From positions 1,054,001 through 1,118,000 of the forward strand of contig OY253673.1 of NCBI GenBank assembly GCA_958009085.1: a DNA stretch of 64,000 bases, written 5' to 3'. This document shows positions 1 to 13,300 of this stretch, one piece after another (position 1 is the first letter of the stretch; every line of letters starts with the position of its first letter). The notes beneath the pieces are model-generated. The model worked only from the letters and a program-made list of their open reading frames with translations, made no database searches and had not been told where the DNA came from. The position numbers and the translations under genes are program-made. The DNA is from Protoeuglena noctilucae (taxonomy: Eukaryota).

Positions 1-133
1 GGTTTCAATGGCAGATATCCACTCATCGGCCTCTGTATGCTGCTGATAGCGTGCTGGTAAGGTGTCCCCATACCCCTTGCTGCGACACACCCCACAACTT
101 GACCCACCGTGCGTTGCTCTGCCTCCTCCCCAG

Positions 134-2149
134 GCGGCCCAGGTCATCCGGGGCCTTCTAACCGACGAGTGCTACGTCATCGTCGTCGAGCACGACCTAG
201 CCGTCCTCGACTACCTTTCGGACTTCATCTGCTGCCTGTATGGCCAGCCCGGCGCGTACGGTGTGGTGACGATGCCCTTCTCGGTGCGCGAGGGCATCAA
301 CATCTTCCTGGCGGGGTTCGTGCCCACGGAGAACCTCAGGTTCCGGGAAACCGAGATGACCTTCAAGGTGAGAGGGCCTTATGGCCAGGGGCATTCCCTG
401 GTCTTGACATGAGCTGCGTGGTTGCGAGGGGCGGGGGCGGTGGACGCATCGTGCAGGCCAACGCTGGCAGTGACTGATGAGTGATGATGCGATTGTGCAT
501 TTGCAATGCAGGTGGTGGACACGGCGTTGTCGGAGGAGGAGATCCGCCGCGACCACCACTACACGTACCCTGCCATGGAGAAGACCCAGGGGTCCTTCCA
601 CCTCAAGGTCGAGGAGGGCGAGTTCAGGTGAGATGAGTTGCTTGGGGGTGGGTGGTACTTGCTGAGTAGATGGCATGTTCAGGTGAGAGGACTTGCTTGG
701 AGTGAATGGGAAATTCATGCTGAGGAAGCAAGTTGATTGTGCTGCTGGGGCGCACGGGGTGCCGCTTGACATCTCACGATGGTGTCACTGTGCCAAATTT
801 ACACATCTCTGCTGTCCTCACATCACACGCCCTACCCCGCCCCCAGCAACTCGGAGATCGTGGTGCTCCTGGGGGAGAACGGGACGGGCAAGACGACGCT
901 CATCCGCATGCTGGCCAAGATGCTCGAGCCGGACGACTGCACCGTCATGGACGACCTGCCGGGCCTGAGCGTGTCGTACAAGCCGCAGAAGATCGCACCC
1001 AAGTTCCCCGGGACCGTCCGCGAGCTCCTCATGAAGAAGATCCGGGACTCGTTCGTGCACCCGCAATTCCAGGTCAGAATGTCAGCTGCAGGGTGGCTCG
1101 GCGTGGGTGGAGGCAGGCCTGTTGCCGCGAGGGATGGGGTGTGCTTGCGGGTCAAGCGTGGGACTGCTGGGGTCAAGAGAATGGGAGAGAATAAACGCCG
1201 CGTGGTTTCAGACATGGGTGGTTTCGGCTAGTTGATCACCTCATGTTTTGACTCTTTGCTCATTCTGCCCCTCTTCCGCAGACGGACGTGCTGAAGCCCA
1301 TGATGATCGAGCAGCTCCTGGACCAGGAGCTGCAGAACCTGTCGGGAGGGGAGCTGCAGCGCGTGGGCATCACACTGGCGCTGGGCACGCCCGCCGACAT
1401 CTACCTGCTGGACGAGCCGTCGGCGTACCTGGACGCCGAGCAGCGTATCGTGACGGCCAAGGTCATCAAGAGGTGAGCGGGGTTTGAGTACATGTAAATT
1501 TGGGGTTACTTGCCGCACCAAGACAAGCCTCCCATTCCTCAGGGCAGCTGTGTAACCCATGCGACCGTCAGCATCGGTCTGTGCACCACGTGAAGGTGGT
1601 CCGGCTCGTGCGTCACTGCGCACGTGTCCCGCCTCCTCTCCGCAGGTTCATCATGCACGCCAAGAAGACGGCCTTCATCGTGGAGCACGACTTCATCATG
1701 GCCACCTACATGGCCGACCGCGTCATTGTCTACGAGGGCGAGCCGTCCAAGAACGCGGTGGCGCGCACCCCGCAGCCCCTCGTGCAGGGCATGAACACCT
1801 TCCTCAAGGTGAGGATGAGCTGACATGGATGGGTATGTTGTGGGGTCCGCGTGGCAGCGGGGGCGAGCTGTGCGGTGGCCGGGATGGGACCAGGCACAGG
1901 ATGGTTTCACGAGAGCTGCCGTCGATGCTGTCGACGGTATCCTTGCTCGGCACGGGAGAGGGAAATGCTGTTGCAGTCGATTCCATGAATTTGCGTCCCC
2001 CTTCCATTGTGTTCCAGAACCTGGAGATCACGTTCCGCCGGGACCCGACCAACTTCCGGCCGCGCATCAACAAGCACGGCTCCGTGAAGGATCGGGAGCA
2101 GAAGTACGCGGGGGATTTCTTCTTCCACGACGACGGCGCCGCGGATTGA
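134..2149 (+). CDS. ABCE1: ABCE1/RLI1 ribosome-recycling ABC ATPase, 3' part (5' exons lie upstream of the window)
   Basis: Exons 134-367, 512-627, 847-1072, 1282-1472, 1646-1808 and 2018-2149 join in frame via GT-AG introns. Motifs: [16 protein letters not shown], Walker [41 protein letters not shown], and C-terminal [15 protein letters not shown]. Confidence 0.97.
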
Positions 2150-2568
2150 TGTGCGCACCTCGCCACTGCGCCACTGCGCTGCGGCTAGGCTGCCGGAGAG
2201 GATTCGGGGCAGCATATGGACAGTGGAGGTGGCATGCTGATGAGGGATGGTGGCCATCCGCGTGTTGAATTGCCCCGACGGCGGCTGTCAGAGCGTCTGG
2301 CATGAGCGAGGGGACGATCAAGGGAGCTTCTTGATGCATGCGGGTGTGCATGTTATGCAATAGTGTCCACAGCAGCCGTCGTGCCTGTCATTTGGCTCCA
2401 GATCAGCACAACAGTCTGTCCAATCGCCGCGTACTCTGCATTATCTCGCTTGGGACCTCATGGCATCAGCCGCCACGTCTGCATAGCCTCACGCGCTGTG
2501 GGACGCAAGTCTCACCTACCGCTGGGAGCCAACGACTCGCGGGTGTGGGATCGCGGCGGGCAGGGATC

Positions 2569-4553
2569 ATGAATCGCAGCCCGGGACGGAGCCGGGCGCG
2601 CCCCGCCAGCGCCTTCTTCAACATCCCGTCCTTCGGTGCGTACTGCAAGGAACATTGCATGCGATGCCAGGCCCCGCGGCATAGAACGGAGCGATTGTCG
2701 TTGCAGGGGGCGCATCGTACGGGCGTGTGACGACGAGCCTGGACGATTCGGCGTGGGTGGCGCACCGGCTGGATCGAGACGGAGACAGGCAAGTCATCGG
2801 AACGCATGCGCGTGCCCAAAGACGGGCATGAAAGCCGAGTTCCACCCTAATGACGCCTTCCCACCACAACGCCCCTCCACAGGCTTGGCTGGACGGACAC
2901 AATCCCCACATATTCTCTAGGAGGTGCAGTGGGTCCCCAGGTCCGTAAGCGAAGCATTCGAGCTAGCCGCGCGCGCGATCATGGCTTACCACGCTCAATC
3001 CATGTCTCGCGTGCCTCTGCAGTCCAACAGCCGGTATCGCTCCGGCCAGGCCAGCAGCTTCAACTTTGATACTCGGGATTCCAGGTGCGTGCTCAGACCT
3101 CCAATTTCCCGCTGCCTGGGCGAGGTGAGACGGACCACCTTCAGCACGCATCGTTTGCGATGCTCGCAGGGCGCGGCTGTTCACCGATCCGATCCGTGAC
3201 AAGCGGGACAACAAAGGCCAGGCCCCCGTCGCGGCCTACCACCCGCCAGACGACACGATGGTCAGCTCGTACGTTCCGTCCTTTGGCGTGGGCGACAAGC
3301 TGCCCTGGCCAACAACTGGGAGCCCCGGCCCGGGCACCTACGAGACGGTGGGGTCCGTGGGCCCACAGCCATTGTCTTTGAGGAAGACAGAGGCGTCGTG
3401 CGGGTGGGCGTCCAGCACGATGACACGGGAGAAGTACGCCGTGCAGTTCGTGTCTCGGCGGTTGGCCGAGTTCAAGAAGGGGAGCCGGGACCCGGGGCAG
3501 TACCGGCCGCCCGTGTCGAGCCTGGGTGAGACACGGTGGGGTGTTGAGGGTTCTGAGGTGCACTCCGTCATGGGGTTAACACGCTGGGTGGTCGGGTGTA
3601 GTGCTGCTGGCGTGGTGTACCTCCAGGGACTGTGACTATCACAACACAACTGCCCCCTGCTGCAGGCAAGCAAGTGGACCATTACGCAACTGCGCCGGGG
3701 AGCTTCTTTGGATCGTCTACAGCCCCGCGCTTCGAGGGCGGTGAGCTGCTGACGGTCACCAACACCTCCCGCACCCACTCGCGGCAGCCCAAGCCCCGAG
3801 GGGCCCCGACATACTCCGCCTACTCGTGGCGGGTGCCAGAAGGCATCGATGGTGTGCCCTACCAGGGTGAGGCGAGGCAGGTATGCCATGGGCCCATGAG
3901 GCACGTGTCGCCCATACATGGACCCATTGGCTGTGCGTGGTTGCCCTCAGGTCCCTATGTGGCGAGCAAGGGTCCGTGGCACTCGCGGTCTTTCTCTGGG
4001 CGCTCGCTGTCCGCCGGCAGGGGCGGGGAACGCAGCCCCGTCCCCACCGTCCGCATCCCGCCTCCGTCCCCATCGCCGCGTGGCACGCCGGCGGCGCGGA
4101 CTGGCCTCGTCACGCGCCGCGTCCCAAACACGTGAGTCGCTTTGTACTAAGCACCAGCCACGCACTGTGCTGCGGCGTTGGCAGTGGGTATCCTAAGAAC
4201 GAGCATCCTTGCCCCTTCCAGTCCCGATTGGCTGATGCGAGATACGGCCACGCCACCACCCAACCTGCACTTCGATGAGGAGGCGCTTCCTACAGAGAGG
4301 AAGCCACGGACAGCGGCCAGGCGAGTGTGGGGCGTGCCACCATTGCGTTTGTCACTGGGACCCGCCCACATGCAGTGGGCAACCTACAGCTGCCTGCTGC
4401 CCGCGCAGGGTCGCCGCCTCGCCTGCCGGCCGCCGGCGGGCCGAGGGCGGCGCGGAGGTGCCCACAACATCGCCGGCGTTCCGCTTCGGCACGCCCGAGC
4501 ACCGCATCCTGAGCAACTTTGTCGCCAGGCTTGCGGCCGACGCAGGCCAGTGA
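2569..4553 (+). CDS. Sperm-tail PG-rich/SHIPPO-1 (ODF3-like) repeat protein, probable ciliary microtubule-binding protein
   Basis: Nine exons join in frame (about 2569-2635, 2707-2788, 2883-2940, 3023-3083, 3170-3525, 3666-3866, 3951-4131, 4222-4320, 4409-4553), with two GC-AG introns. Repeated motifs: SPGPGTYETVGSVGPQ, DPGQYRPPVSSLGKQV..APGSFFG, YSLGGAVGPQSNSRYRS..SFNF.TR, SPAFRFGT. Confidence 0.75.
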
Positions 4554-5302
4554 CTGACAGTGGAGCCATGATGAATTGAGCGGCCTTGCGTTGTGCAGAC
4601 CGGTTGCCTTGCCATCAGTAATACATAGCTATCTGTGACGGCGTCGCGGCGCGGAATTCAAAGCAAGGCATCCGGAGCAGCCTTCTATCGACTCCCACAC
4701 TACCGTTGCTGTGGCTCGCGGCCAACGGGGATCGGCGCAGCGGAACGTGACGCGCGGCATGGCACAGGCGACGCTCGAAAAGGGGCAAACAGCCGGGCCA
4801 CGCGCGATGCGGTGCGGTGTGGTACGTACGGGCATGCAGTGGCAGGGGCGGTCACGGGGCACGGCCTCCGACGGCCGTCAAAGGGCAATCAGCGCAAAAA
4901 CGAGGAGGACGGGCGCTGTGGTGGGCCATGCTTGCCCACCAACGGCGCCTACAGGCGCCAGGGCACGGCTGCACGGCGCCCTAAGCGCCGGCGCATGCAC
5001 GGCGGCGTGCTAAGGACAAAGAGGGGGCCGCCGCTGGCTGGCCCACGCACGCGCGTGCAATCATGCCATGCAAAGCGCCGCGACCAGGCCGACGTGCCCC
5101 GCGCAGGGGGCGCCAGTCGCAGGGCGTGGAACGTCGTGTGCGGCGTGGGCATGGGAGCCACGCCGCCGTGCGGGACAGAGAGCAAGAGCAGGGAGTGCGA
5201 TCCAGGCCCGCCTGCGGGAGGGCCTCGACCGGGCGACGAGAGCGGAAAGGGCAAAGGGAGGGCTGGGCTGGGTCGCCCCGTCGTTGAGATTCGCCCGGCG
5301 CT

Positions 5303-7003
5303 TCACCAGAGGTTGCGGGGCCGGTGGGCGTCGTTCTTGGCCAGGTAGAGCCCGCAGGCGTTGCAGAGGGGCCGCCCGTCCACCTTGTCCTTGCGCCAGA
5401 AAGGCGTGTGGTCCGTGCCGCAGTTCTTGCACGCACGGACCTCGGGGGCCGCAACGGCGGCCACCGCCTTGCAGCCGGGCGTTGCGGCCCGGGGGGTCGG
5501 GGGCGCGGCGCCGGGCAGCGTGGACGTGACCTCGACGTTGCGGCGCTTGCGGCGGTGGTTGGGGGACCGGAAGGACCCGTTGGCGCCGAGCCCGGAGATG
5601 GGCAGGGACGGGGTGGCGCAGGCGGGGACGGAGGTGCCGAGGACGACCGGACTGGCGCACCCGCCGGCGGGGGCCACGACGATTGCGTCCGGAAGGATCA
5701 GCGCCGCCGCGGCGTGCGATGGGCCGTGGGAGGCGGTGACCCCGGGGGACACCACGGGGTGGGGCTCGGTGGCGACGGTGGGGGTGCTGGGCGTGGCGGG
5801 GAGGACGACGCTCCGCTGGGCGGAGACGCTGCGAGGGCAGAGGCGCAGGCGAGGTGTTGATTACGGGAGATGCGAAGTGGCTGGCCCGCACACATGGCGT
5901 GGCAGCAGGAGGCACACGAGCATGCGCTGCCTGGGTCGTGCAGCGGCGCTCACCCGACGGCCGGGGCGGCGGGGGGGCGGACGAGCGACGCGGGCCTGGT
6001 CTTGCGGGGCGTGGGGGGCTTGTTGGTCATAGACGCCTCAGGCTCCGTCTGCGGCACGCGGGGTGGCGATATGCATACGCCCACCAAGATCCGACACCGT
6101 GCGGTATCGCAGAAAGGCCCGGGGACCACCCATCCATGGTCTGGCACAGCCGCTGGCAACCCTCTGGCCCGCACCTCAGCGCCCTCCACCGAGGAAGGGG
6201 AGTCGCTCGCGTGGGACGCGGCGCGGCGGGCGCGCTTGGCCGAGGGGCCGTGGAGCTCCTCCGTGCTGGTCGCATCGCCGCGGAGAGGGCCGGGCACGCG
6301 CGGCGGCGGGGCCGCAGCGTCGGGCGCGTGGCACATGGAGGAGAGGAAGGATTGCCACACGAGGGTGGCGACCTCGGCGCCGGGGGCCTGCTGTCCCGGG
6401 GCGCCCACGGCGGCCATCCACTGCGAGAGGGCCGCGTGGCCCACGGGAGCTGGGCCGCGCGGGGCCTGGGCTGCCCACGCGAAGGCGACCTCTGCGGGGG
6501 CAGGTAGGGCTCGCGGGGCTCGACACGGCTGGCGCATCGGGGGCGTTCACCGCGATCCCGGGCCCAATCCGGCAGAGATGGTGTCGGAGGCACGGGCGCG
6601 GGGGCCGCGGCGATCGGGTGCGGCGGCAAAGGCGCGCAGCCCTAGTGGGAAACGCCGGGACGCCGAGCGTCGCGACGGTGGAGGGAGCGCGGTAGCGGGC
6701 GTTCACGACCGGAATGAACGCACACAATCGCCGCGAATCGCGCCGAAAAAGCCCCATCCCTGATTCGGATAAGCCAGCTACCGGGCGCTTGACCCGTTCG
6801 CCGGGCGGCGGCGGAAGGGGAGCCCGCCCAGGTGCGCGGGGTGCGCGGGGTGCAAAATGCGCCACTCCCGCCCTCTCACCTGGTGGGATGGACCTCTGCG
6901 ATCCCAGCTGAAGGCTGCGAGCAGGGGCCAGCGCCGGGCCCATCGCCCCCGGGCCGAGATTCCAGGATCCTCGCCCGTCGGAGGCTTCCTCAAGTCCAGT
7001 CAT
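5303..7003 (-). CDS. GATA-type zinc-finger transcription factor
   Basis: C-terminal CKNCGTDHTPFWRKDKVDGRPLCNACGLY is a C-x2-C-x18-C-x2-C finger. Four exons with GT-AG junctions (7003-6880, 6491-~6175, ~6048-5954, ~5829-5303). The start at 7003 is plausible but not certain. Confidence 0.85.
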
Positions 7004-7748
7004 TGTTGCAGCGCGCGCGCCCAGACCCAAGGGCGCGGACCCGGGATTTGCCTGCGGGCAAGGGGCGTGGCGTTCGCATCGGGGGCCCGAGGAAGCACCA
7101 GCAGCGACATGATCGCAAGCAAAGGGCGGGGGTGCGACGCGGGAGTGCTGAGGGGTCGGCACCGCCGCGCACCGAGCGCCGTTCCCCCGAACTCTTCCGA
7201 CACCCACAGGCGCCCGAGCTAGCGCCCCACCGGCCTTCGGACCCGCTCATCGCACGAAAGAGATCGACATGCATGCGGTGTATCCTTCCGTGGGGCCCGC
7301 GCGAGAGCGGATTTGCGCATTGGTGGCCTAGATGTCGACAAGCTCTACGCTCGCCCCCAGCTCGCGGAGCGCCCCTTTGGCCAGCCCGCGCACACCGATT
7401 GATAATCGCTGCCACAACGGCAGCCGCCTTGCCGAGTATACTCGAATCCCTGCCCGCAAGGCCAGGCCAAACAAAACTCACCTTGAGTTTGGTTCTCTCG
7501 TCTGCGAGCCACTCGCACGCATCTCCAGCAGGCCGAGCGAGTCTCACGAACTTTCCGCATCTGGCCTCGACGCCGACTTCGTGGGACAACACGTGGAATG
7601 GGGAGAGGCCACCTGACGACATCGAGGGCGGCACCCAGCTCGTCATCCTGCCCTGGCCGTCGCACCGACGGGGACAGACGCAGTCGATTCCAAGTCAGGA
7701 ACAGGGTACAAATGCTTCCCTTGGGGCGACTCGGCAAAGGCGTCATAC

Positions 7749-8828
7749 ATGCGCGAGGGAGCTGGCACCGTGACCGGTTCGAGGCACTTTGCGTGTGGGC
7801 GAAGTCGAGGATCAAGAGTCGGAGGCAAAGAAAGGCAGCAATTGTGCCCGTCCCGGGCTACCGCGCCTCTCTCCAGGACTCCCGCGCGCCTCTCCCGGGC
7901 TGCCGCGCGTGACGGGCCGGACTCGTCTGGATGGACCGAGGGATCGGCCATAGTCGGGTACTGGAGCAAGCAGCGTGAGCGCAAGACCGACTCGTTCGGT
8001 CGGCTCCTTTACGACGAGGACAACGTCGCGGAGCCCCACGCCTTCCAGCCCCGATCCGCCAAGCTGAGGCTCGCCGCGCAGGTCGTGGCTCGCGATGAAG
8101 GAGTCCCAGAGGCGAGAGAGTAATTTGCCGCTTCGCTCGATAGTCTTTGCTTTGAAACGGATGCATTTGATCCGTCCCACACGCCCGTGACTGTAGGAGG
8201 AGCTGATGGCCAGGATTGGGGAGCTGGACGTTCTGGTCCCAGGCCTCGCGTCCGCCGAGGGGGGTCTCAAGCCCGCAGACGTGGCGAGGTTGGCACTAGG
8301 TGGGTTCAGGCATGGCGGCGTCCCTGGGAGTTGCATTCGCGCAGGGCCCGGGGCTCGTGTCACGCCCAACACAACAAACCGCTCGTGCAGATTTGGATGG
8401 CGTTGCCAGCCGCGTGCTTGCTCTCAAGCGCCTCTTCCCGTCCGCCGACGTGTCTGCGGCCGTGACGGCGTGGCCGGCGGTCCTGCTGATGGAGGCGGGG
8501 GCAGTTGAGGCGGCTGCAGCGGAAGATGGGTGGCGCGGCGTGCCAGGCCACGCTGGCTTTCAGTAGCGAGGACGCCACCCACCTGCTGCCCGGCCCGCCC
8601 GCAGCGCGGTCCCTCCTGCCCGGCTGCCATGACCTGGCGGGCCTGGTGCAGGGGAGCCCCCGCGTCCTCGACACGCCTCTGCTGAGGCACGTGGTTGGGG
8701 AAATCCAACGGCTATACCCGGGACGCCCGCCCGGAGAGGTCCTGGAGGACAGCCCGGGGTTGGTCCTGGCTCTTGAGGACATGAACAAGGAGCCACGGAA
8801 CGACTACGAGGACGTCCTGGGTGCCTAA
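7749..8828 (+). CDS. Uncharacterised, probably organelle-targeted helical-repeat protein (loosely mTERF-like LxxLFPxxD..LVxxxPxLL pattern)
   Basis: Exons ..8111, 8197-8299, 8391-8525 and 8605-8828 give EELMARIGELDVLVPGL..LALDLDGVASRVLALKRLFPSADVSAAVTAWPAVLL..EARSLLPGCHDLAGLVQGSPRVL..IQRLYPG..VLEDSPGLV. The last intron needs a non-canonical donor (see findings). Start codon uncertain. Confidence 0.6.
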
Positions 8829-8932
8829 GAGATTCAAGTGTGCGAGTGATCTCTTCTAATGCGCTGCCTGCCTCTCTTGCTGTGCGCTGACACGCTGCCC
8901 TCTCTTCCTGAACTAATGGAAAACCTGCGATA

Positions 8933-9707
8933 TCACTTGCTACGCCCTGGACTGCCGCGTGCGGCGAACGCCCTGTCTCTGGCCCCGTCCCTCTTCAGCA
9001 TGTGCACGTGCGCTGTGTGGAGGTCCGCCATCGCCGCCCCGACATCCAACGGCGGCGCGTCCGCATGGTCCATGCCCTCACACACGTTGCTGCGCTCAGC
9101 CCCCCACGCCTGGAAGCAGGAATGTCAGGCATTTGTCTTGTCTTGACGGCCCCATTGCTGAGGTCGGCCCGGTCCGCGACAGGCGCGACTACGTCTGGCA
9201 CGCACCTCGTCGGGCAGTAACCCGGGCCACCACGGGTACGTCCGGCACTGGACGGGGCGGCTGGCATGGAGCGCGCAGGCGTTCTCGTCCGTCAAGAAGA
9301 TGCATGCGCCTCCGGGCTTCTGCTTCAGGAGGTGCCAGCCCTCGATGCGCCGGTAGTCCTTGCAGTAGGTCGCGCAGAAGGCCGCGGCGTCGACGCCCAG
9401 GGCCCCAGCCATGTCGACGATTTCCGCATCTGACACCCAGACCTCGCCAGCTCCCGTGCAACACTTCCCGCACTTGGTGCCTGCGATTGCGGGCGGACTG
9501 CTGCTTTGTCGAGCAAGCGGCAACAGGCTGCACTGTCGCTGAAATTCCAAGCGGCTCACAAGCGAAACTGCGCCCCGATAGCGCAACCTCAAGCGCCCTC
9601 AGGTCCTGGAAAGGCCGGTCCACGCTTACGGCGCGTGCGGGGACGCAGCGGCCCCTCGTCGCTCGCGACCGCAGGCTCCATAGTGACTGACGGAGGGCGG
9701 CTACCAT
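8933..9707 (-). CDS. YkgJ-family CxxCxxCC cysteine-cluster (zinc/iron-chelating) protein with N-terminal transit-peptide-like leader
   Basis: Exons 9707-9560, 9480-9206 and 9109-8933 give FACTKCGKCCTG..CIFLTDENACALHASRPVQCRTYPWWP..CEGM. The N-terminus is Arg/Ser/Ala-rich. Confidence 0.88.
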
Positions 9708-10371
9708 TCCAGCGCCACTCGCGGACCCGCCCCCGTTTCCCGTGCGGGACCGGAGCAGGGTAGCACAGGAGTGGAGAGGGGGCGGATTTCTTCGCGCGGG
9801 CCGCTTGCTCGGGGCTGCCCTCGTTTCCTGGCACGAAATGCAGCGGGCACCATCCGCGCCGGCGACGTGCCTCGTGTACAACGAAATTCAAAAACAATCT
9901 GCTTGGCATTCGAATCACTCGCCCGTCCTGCGAGGGACCTCCACGACCCAAGAGCTGCCCATCGCGGTCGCGTCCGCCCGCATCTTGGACGGCTGCGTGG
10001 GCAGTGGGCATTGCATCGGGTCGGCCGCTCTACGGCCCGGATCTGCGGGGCCGGACTCGAGGGGCGGGGCTCCCCATAGCACGGGGGTGGCGCCAATCCG
10101 CGCCGGGACGCCAAGGTGCCTCACGCTCGCCATGCCATCGCGAGTTGTCATGGACGTTCTTGCGTGCGGCTCGCGCTGATGGCATTCCGCGTGTCGATGG
10201 GACCGCGACTCGAGTGCACGGGAGCGACGCTGGTTGCGATCGCTGGAAGGCCGGGCAGGCACAGTCGTGCGCCCCGCCAGGGGTGCCACAGTGCGCGCGT
10301 CGTGTCGTACACGTGCACTGGTGGGGCCGGAGCCTTCCGGCGCGAGGCGCGACCGACCGTTGGGCCCGCAG

Positions 10372-13300
10372 ATGCTGGGGAAAGTGAAGCGGGCCATCGC
10401 GCGGCGCAAGGAGGGCGCATCGCCGCAGAAATGGCGCTTCGATTGCAGGGTCACCTCTCTACAAGGCATCCCGAGCTTAGTCTCGTCCTGCCGGATCGTG
10501 TGGGCCCGCGGAAAGAAGTACCAGATGACCAACGCCACGCAGGCGTTCGATGGGCAGGCCACGTGGAATCAGCAGCTCAGCCACATGGTCACCATGTACA
10601 CCACCAAGGTGAGGGAGGAACGGAGCGCATGGGAGGGCCGCCGGTGGCGCCGGGGCCGCGGAGCGCGCAGGCGCGCCCGTCCACGTTTGTTTTCTGTCTC
10701 GAGCCCGCCCGCGCGCCCCCCGCGCTGCAGGACGGCCAGTTCCAGTCCAAGGAGTACGAGTTCAAGCTCCAAGTCCCCGCGAAGGACGGGAAGCTCGTCA
10801 CGGTTGGCAAAGGGACGCTGGACCTCGCGCAGTTCGCCTCGGCGCGGGCGGGGCAGGAGGCCGTCGTGCCCATCGCGTATCTCAACAAGCAGTTACGCGG
10901 GGCGCCGGACGGACGACTCCGCATCGGCGGTGAGTGGTCGGCAAGGAGATTTGGAGCCAGCGGCGCTGCAGCGAGCCTCGGGACTGGGGACCGCACCACG
11001 TGGCGCTCTTCCCCGCGCTGCCCCTGCGTTGGGCGGCGCCCGCCCTCGACCCCGCGCTTTCTACTGCGTTGAAATGCGCAGCTGCGTTGCTGATAGCTGC
11101 CGCGGAGGCGCGGGGGCCGTTTCCGCGCGAACGGACGTCAACGGCGGCGCCCAGCGTTTCCCGCCCCGATCGGCGTCGTTGCGCCGCGCCCGCAGTGATG
11201 GCGCAGTACATTGGGGATGGTGAGGTGGACTCACAGTCGCAGGGGTCGTTCCGGTCGCACATGACCTCGCTGCACGAGGACGAGGACCTGTTTGGCGTGG
11301 ACGGCAATGCGGGGGCCAATCCCTTCGCCCCGGGGGCCGCGGCGGGCGCGCCGAGGAGGCCATCGGGAGCGGCAGGAACCAGGCGAGGACCGGCAGCGAT
11401 CGCGCCAGCCTCCTGCTCCCCTGGAACACCCTGCGCTTGGCGCCCACGGAGTGACGATCCCCTGCCGCAGCTTCGGCGCGGCCCCCGCCCCCCTGCGGGC
11501 CCCCATGCCCGGCCGGCCCCCTCTGCCGGAGGAGGGCTCGTCCCACCGCGACGCCCGCCCCCCCGCGGTCCCTCCCCCCGTCCGCGCTGGCGGGGGCGAC
11601 TCCGAGGCGCTGTCCCGAGAGAACCGGGAGCTCCGCGCTGAGGTGTCTGCCCTCCAAGACCGCGTCTCATTGCTGCAGTCAGGCGGCGGCGGCGGCGGTG
11701 CGCCCGCGGGCGATGTGCGTCGCCTGCAGGACCGCGTCGCCCAGCTCGAGAAGGAGGCAGCGGATGCTCAGGAGTTTGACGAGGATCAGAGGGAGGAGTA
11801 CCGGAAGGAGATCGACAGGCTGCGGGGGGAGGCGGAGAAGCGGGAGGCGACGGTGAAGGAACTCGAGAAGGAACTGGCGGGGTACCAGGCGGTGAGTGGG
11901 AGGGTTAGTGGGAGGGGTGCGGGGGTGGCTAATGCATGCAGCAGTGGCAGTATATGCTCGTCCGGCTTCGTGTCTGGCTGGTGGCATGCTTGCAGCGGTG
12001 CGACGATGGCTGAGGCAACGTTGCGTCACCCGTGGTGCCCCTCTGCTGCTCCATCCAGGACCACGACGACCGCATCCTGGAGCTGAGCCGTCTGCTCCAG
12101 GGCCAACGCCAGCAGCACGAGGCCTCGGAGAAGCGCCGGCGCGAGGTGGAGAAGGAGCTGGCGGCGTGGCGGTCGACGGGGCTGGGGCCGGATGACGTCG
12201 GGGAAGCACTGCGGGAGGCGGAGGCAAGGGTGGCAGAAGCCGAGGAGAGGAGGAAAGAGGCGGAGGAGAGGCTGGGGGAGGTGGAGGCCCAGCTGCTGGC
12301 GCAGGTGAGGGGGGGCGGGTGGCGGCGGTCCGGTGGTCGGGGGCAGGTGCGGGGTCACGCTGTGCTGGGGATGTGGTTGATGGCCATCTGCCGTTGTGCG
12401 TTGTTCGCAGAGCGAGGCGGGGTCCGGCCGCAAGTCGCCGCTCGGGGGGCGGGGCGCGGGCAATGCGGAGGTGGAGGCGGAGCTGTCGCGGGCGCGCGAG
12501 CGGGTGCGGGAGCTGGAGGCGCATTTGGACGAGGTGGAGGAGCAGCTGAGGGTGTCGGAGGGGAAGGTGAGGGGTATAGCTGAGGCGATGGTGACTGGCG
12601 TGACGCTCTGAAGTAACCTGTTCATGATTGTGTTGGGATGCTGCCCGGTGCGTGTGGCATGACAGATGGTGGGTGGCAGACAACCCCAGTCCCGCCGTGG
12701 CTATCGACTCCCAGTATGACGCGGTTGCTCTTGGCTTTGCACTCACTGTGACCCCCGCTGCTCCCTGTCCCGCTCAGGTGCGTGCGCTGGAGTCCCGTGA
12801 CCGTGAGTCCCGCGCGGTGGTGGCGGACCTGACCAAGCAGGTGGACGTGCTGCAGGCGGGGAACCGGGACCTGCATGCGAAGCTCAGGGACCCGGGCACG
12901 GAGACGCGGAGGACGGTGCAGTCCATGGAGACGCAGCTGGTCCGGCTGGAGAGGCGAGTTGGGCACTTGAGTGAAAGTAAGCGATGGGTGTCATGCGCGT
13001 GTGGGTGAGTGCAGTCCATGGAGACGCAGATGGTACGGATGGAGAGGTGTGAGAGGGGTAGCAAGCGATAGATGAACGATGGGGCTGCTTTGGGTGGGCG
13101 GGGGCGACCGTCGCTTGCAGTGATATGACCCCAGTGATTCGATCTCATTGATCTTGTTTTGTGTTTCAGGAAGCTGGAGGATGCGGAGGCGGAGAAGGAG
13201 TCCCGGAAGAGGGAGGCGGAGAGGGCCATGGCAGAGAGGGACGACGAGATCGCCAGGCTCAGGCGAGGGGCACAGTGGGGAGGGTGGGGGTTAACACAAG

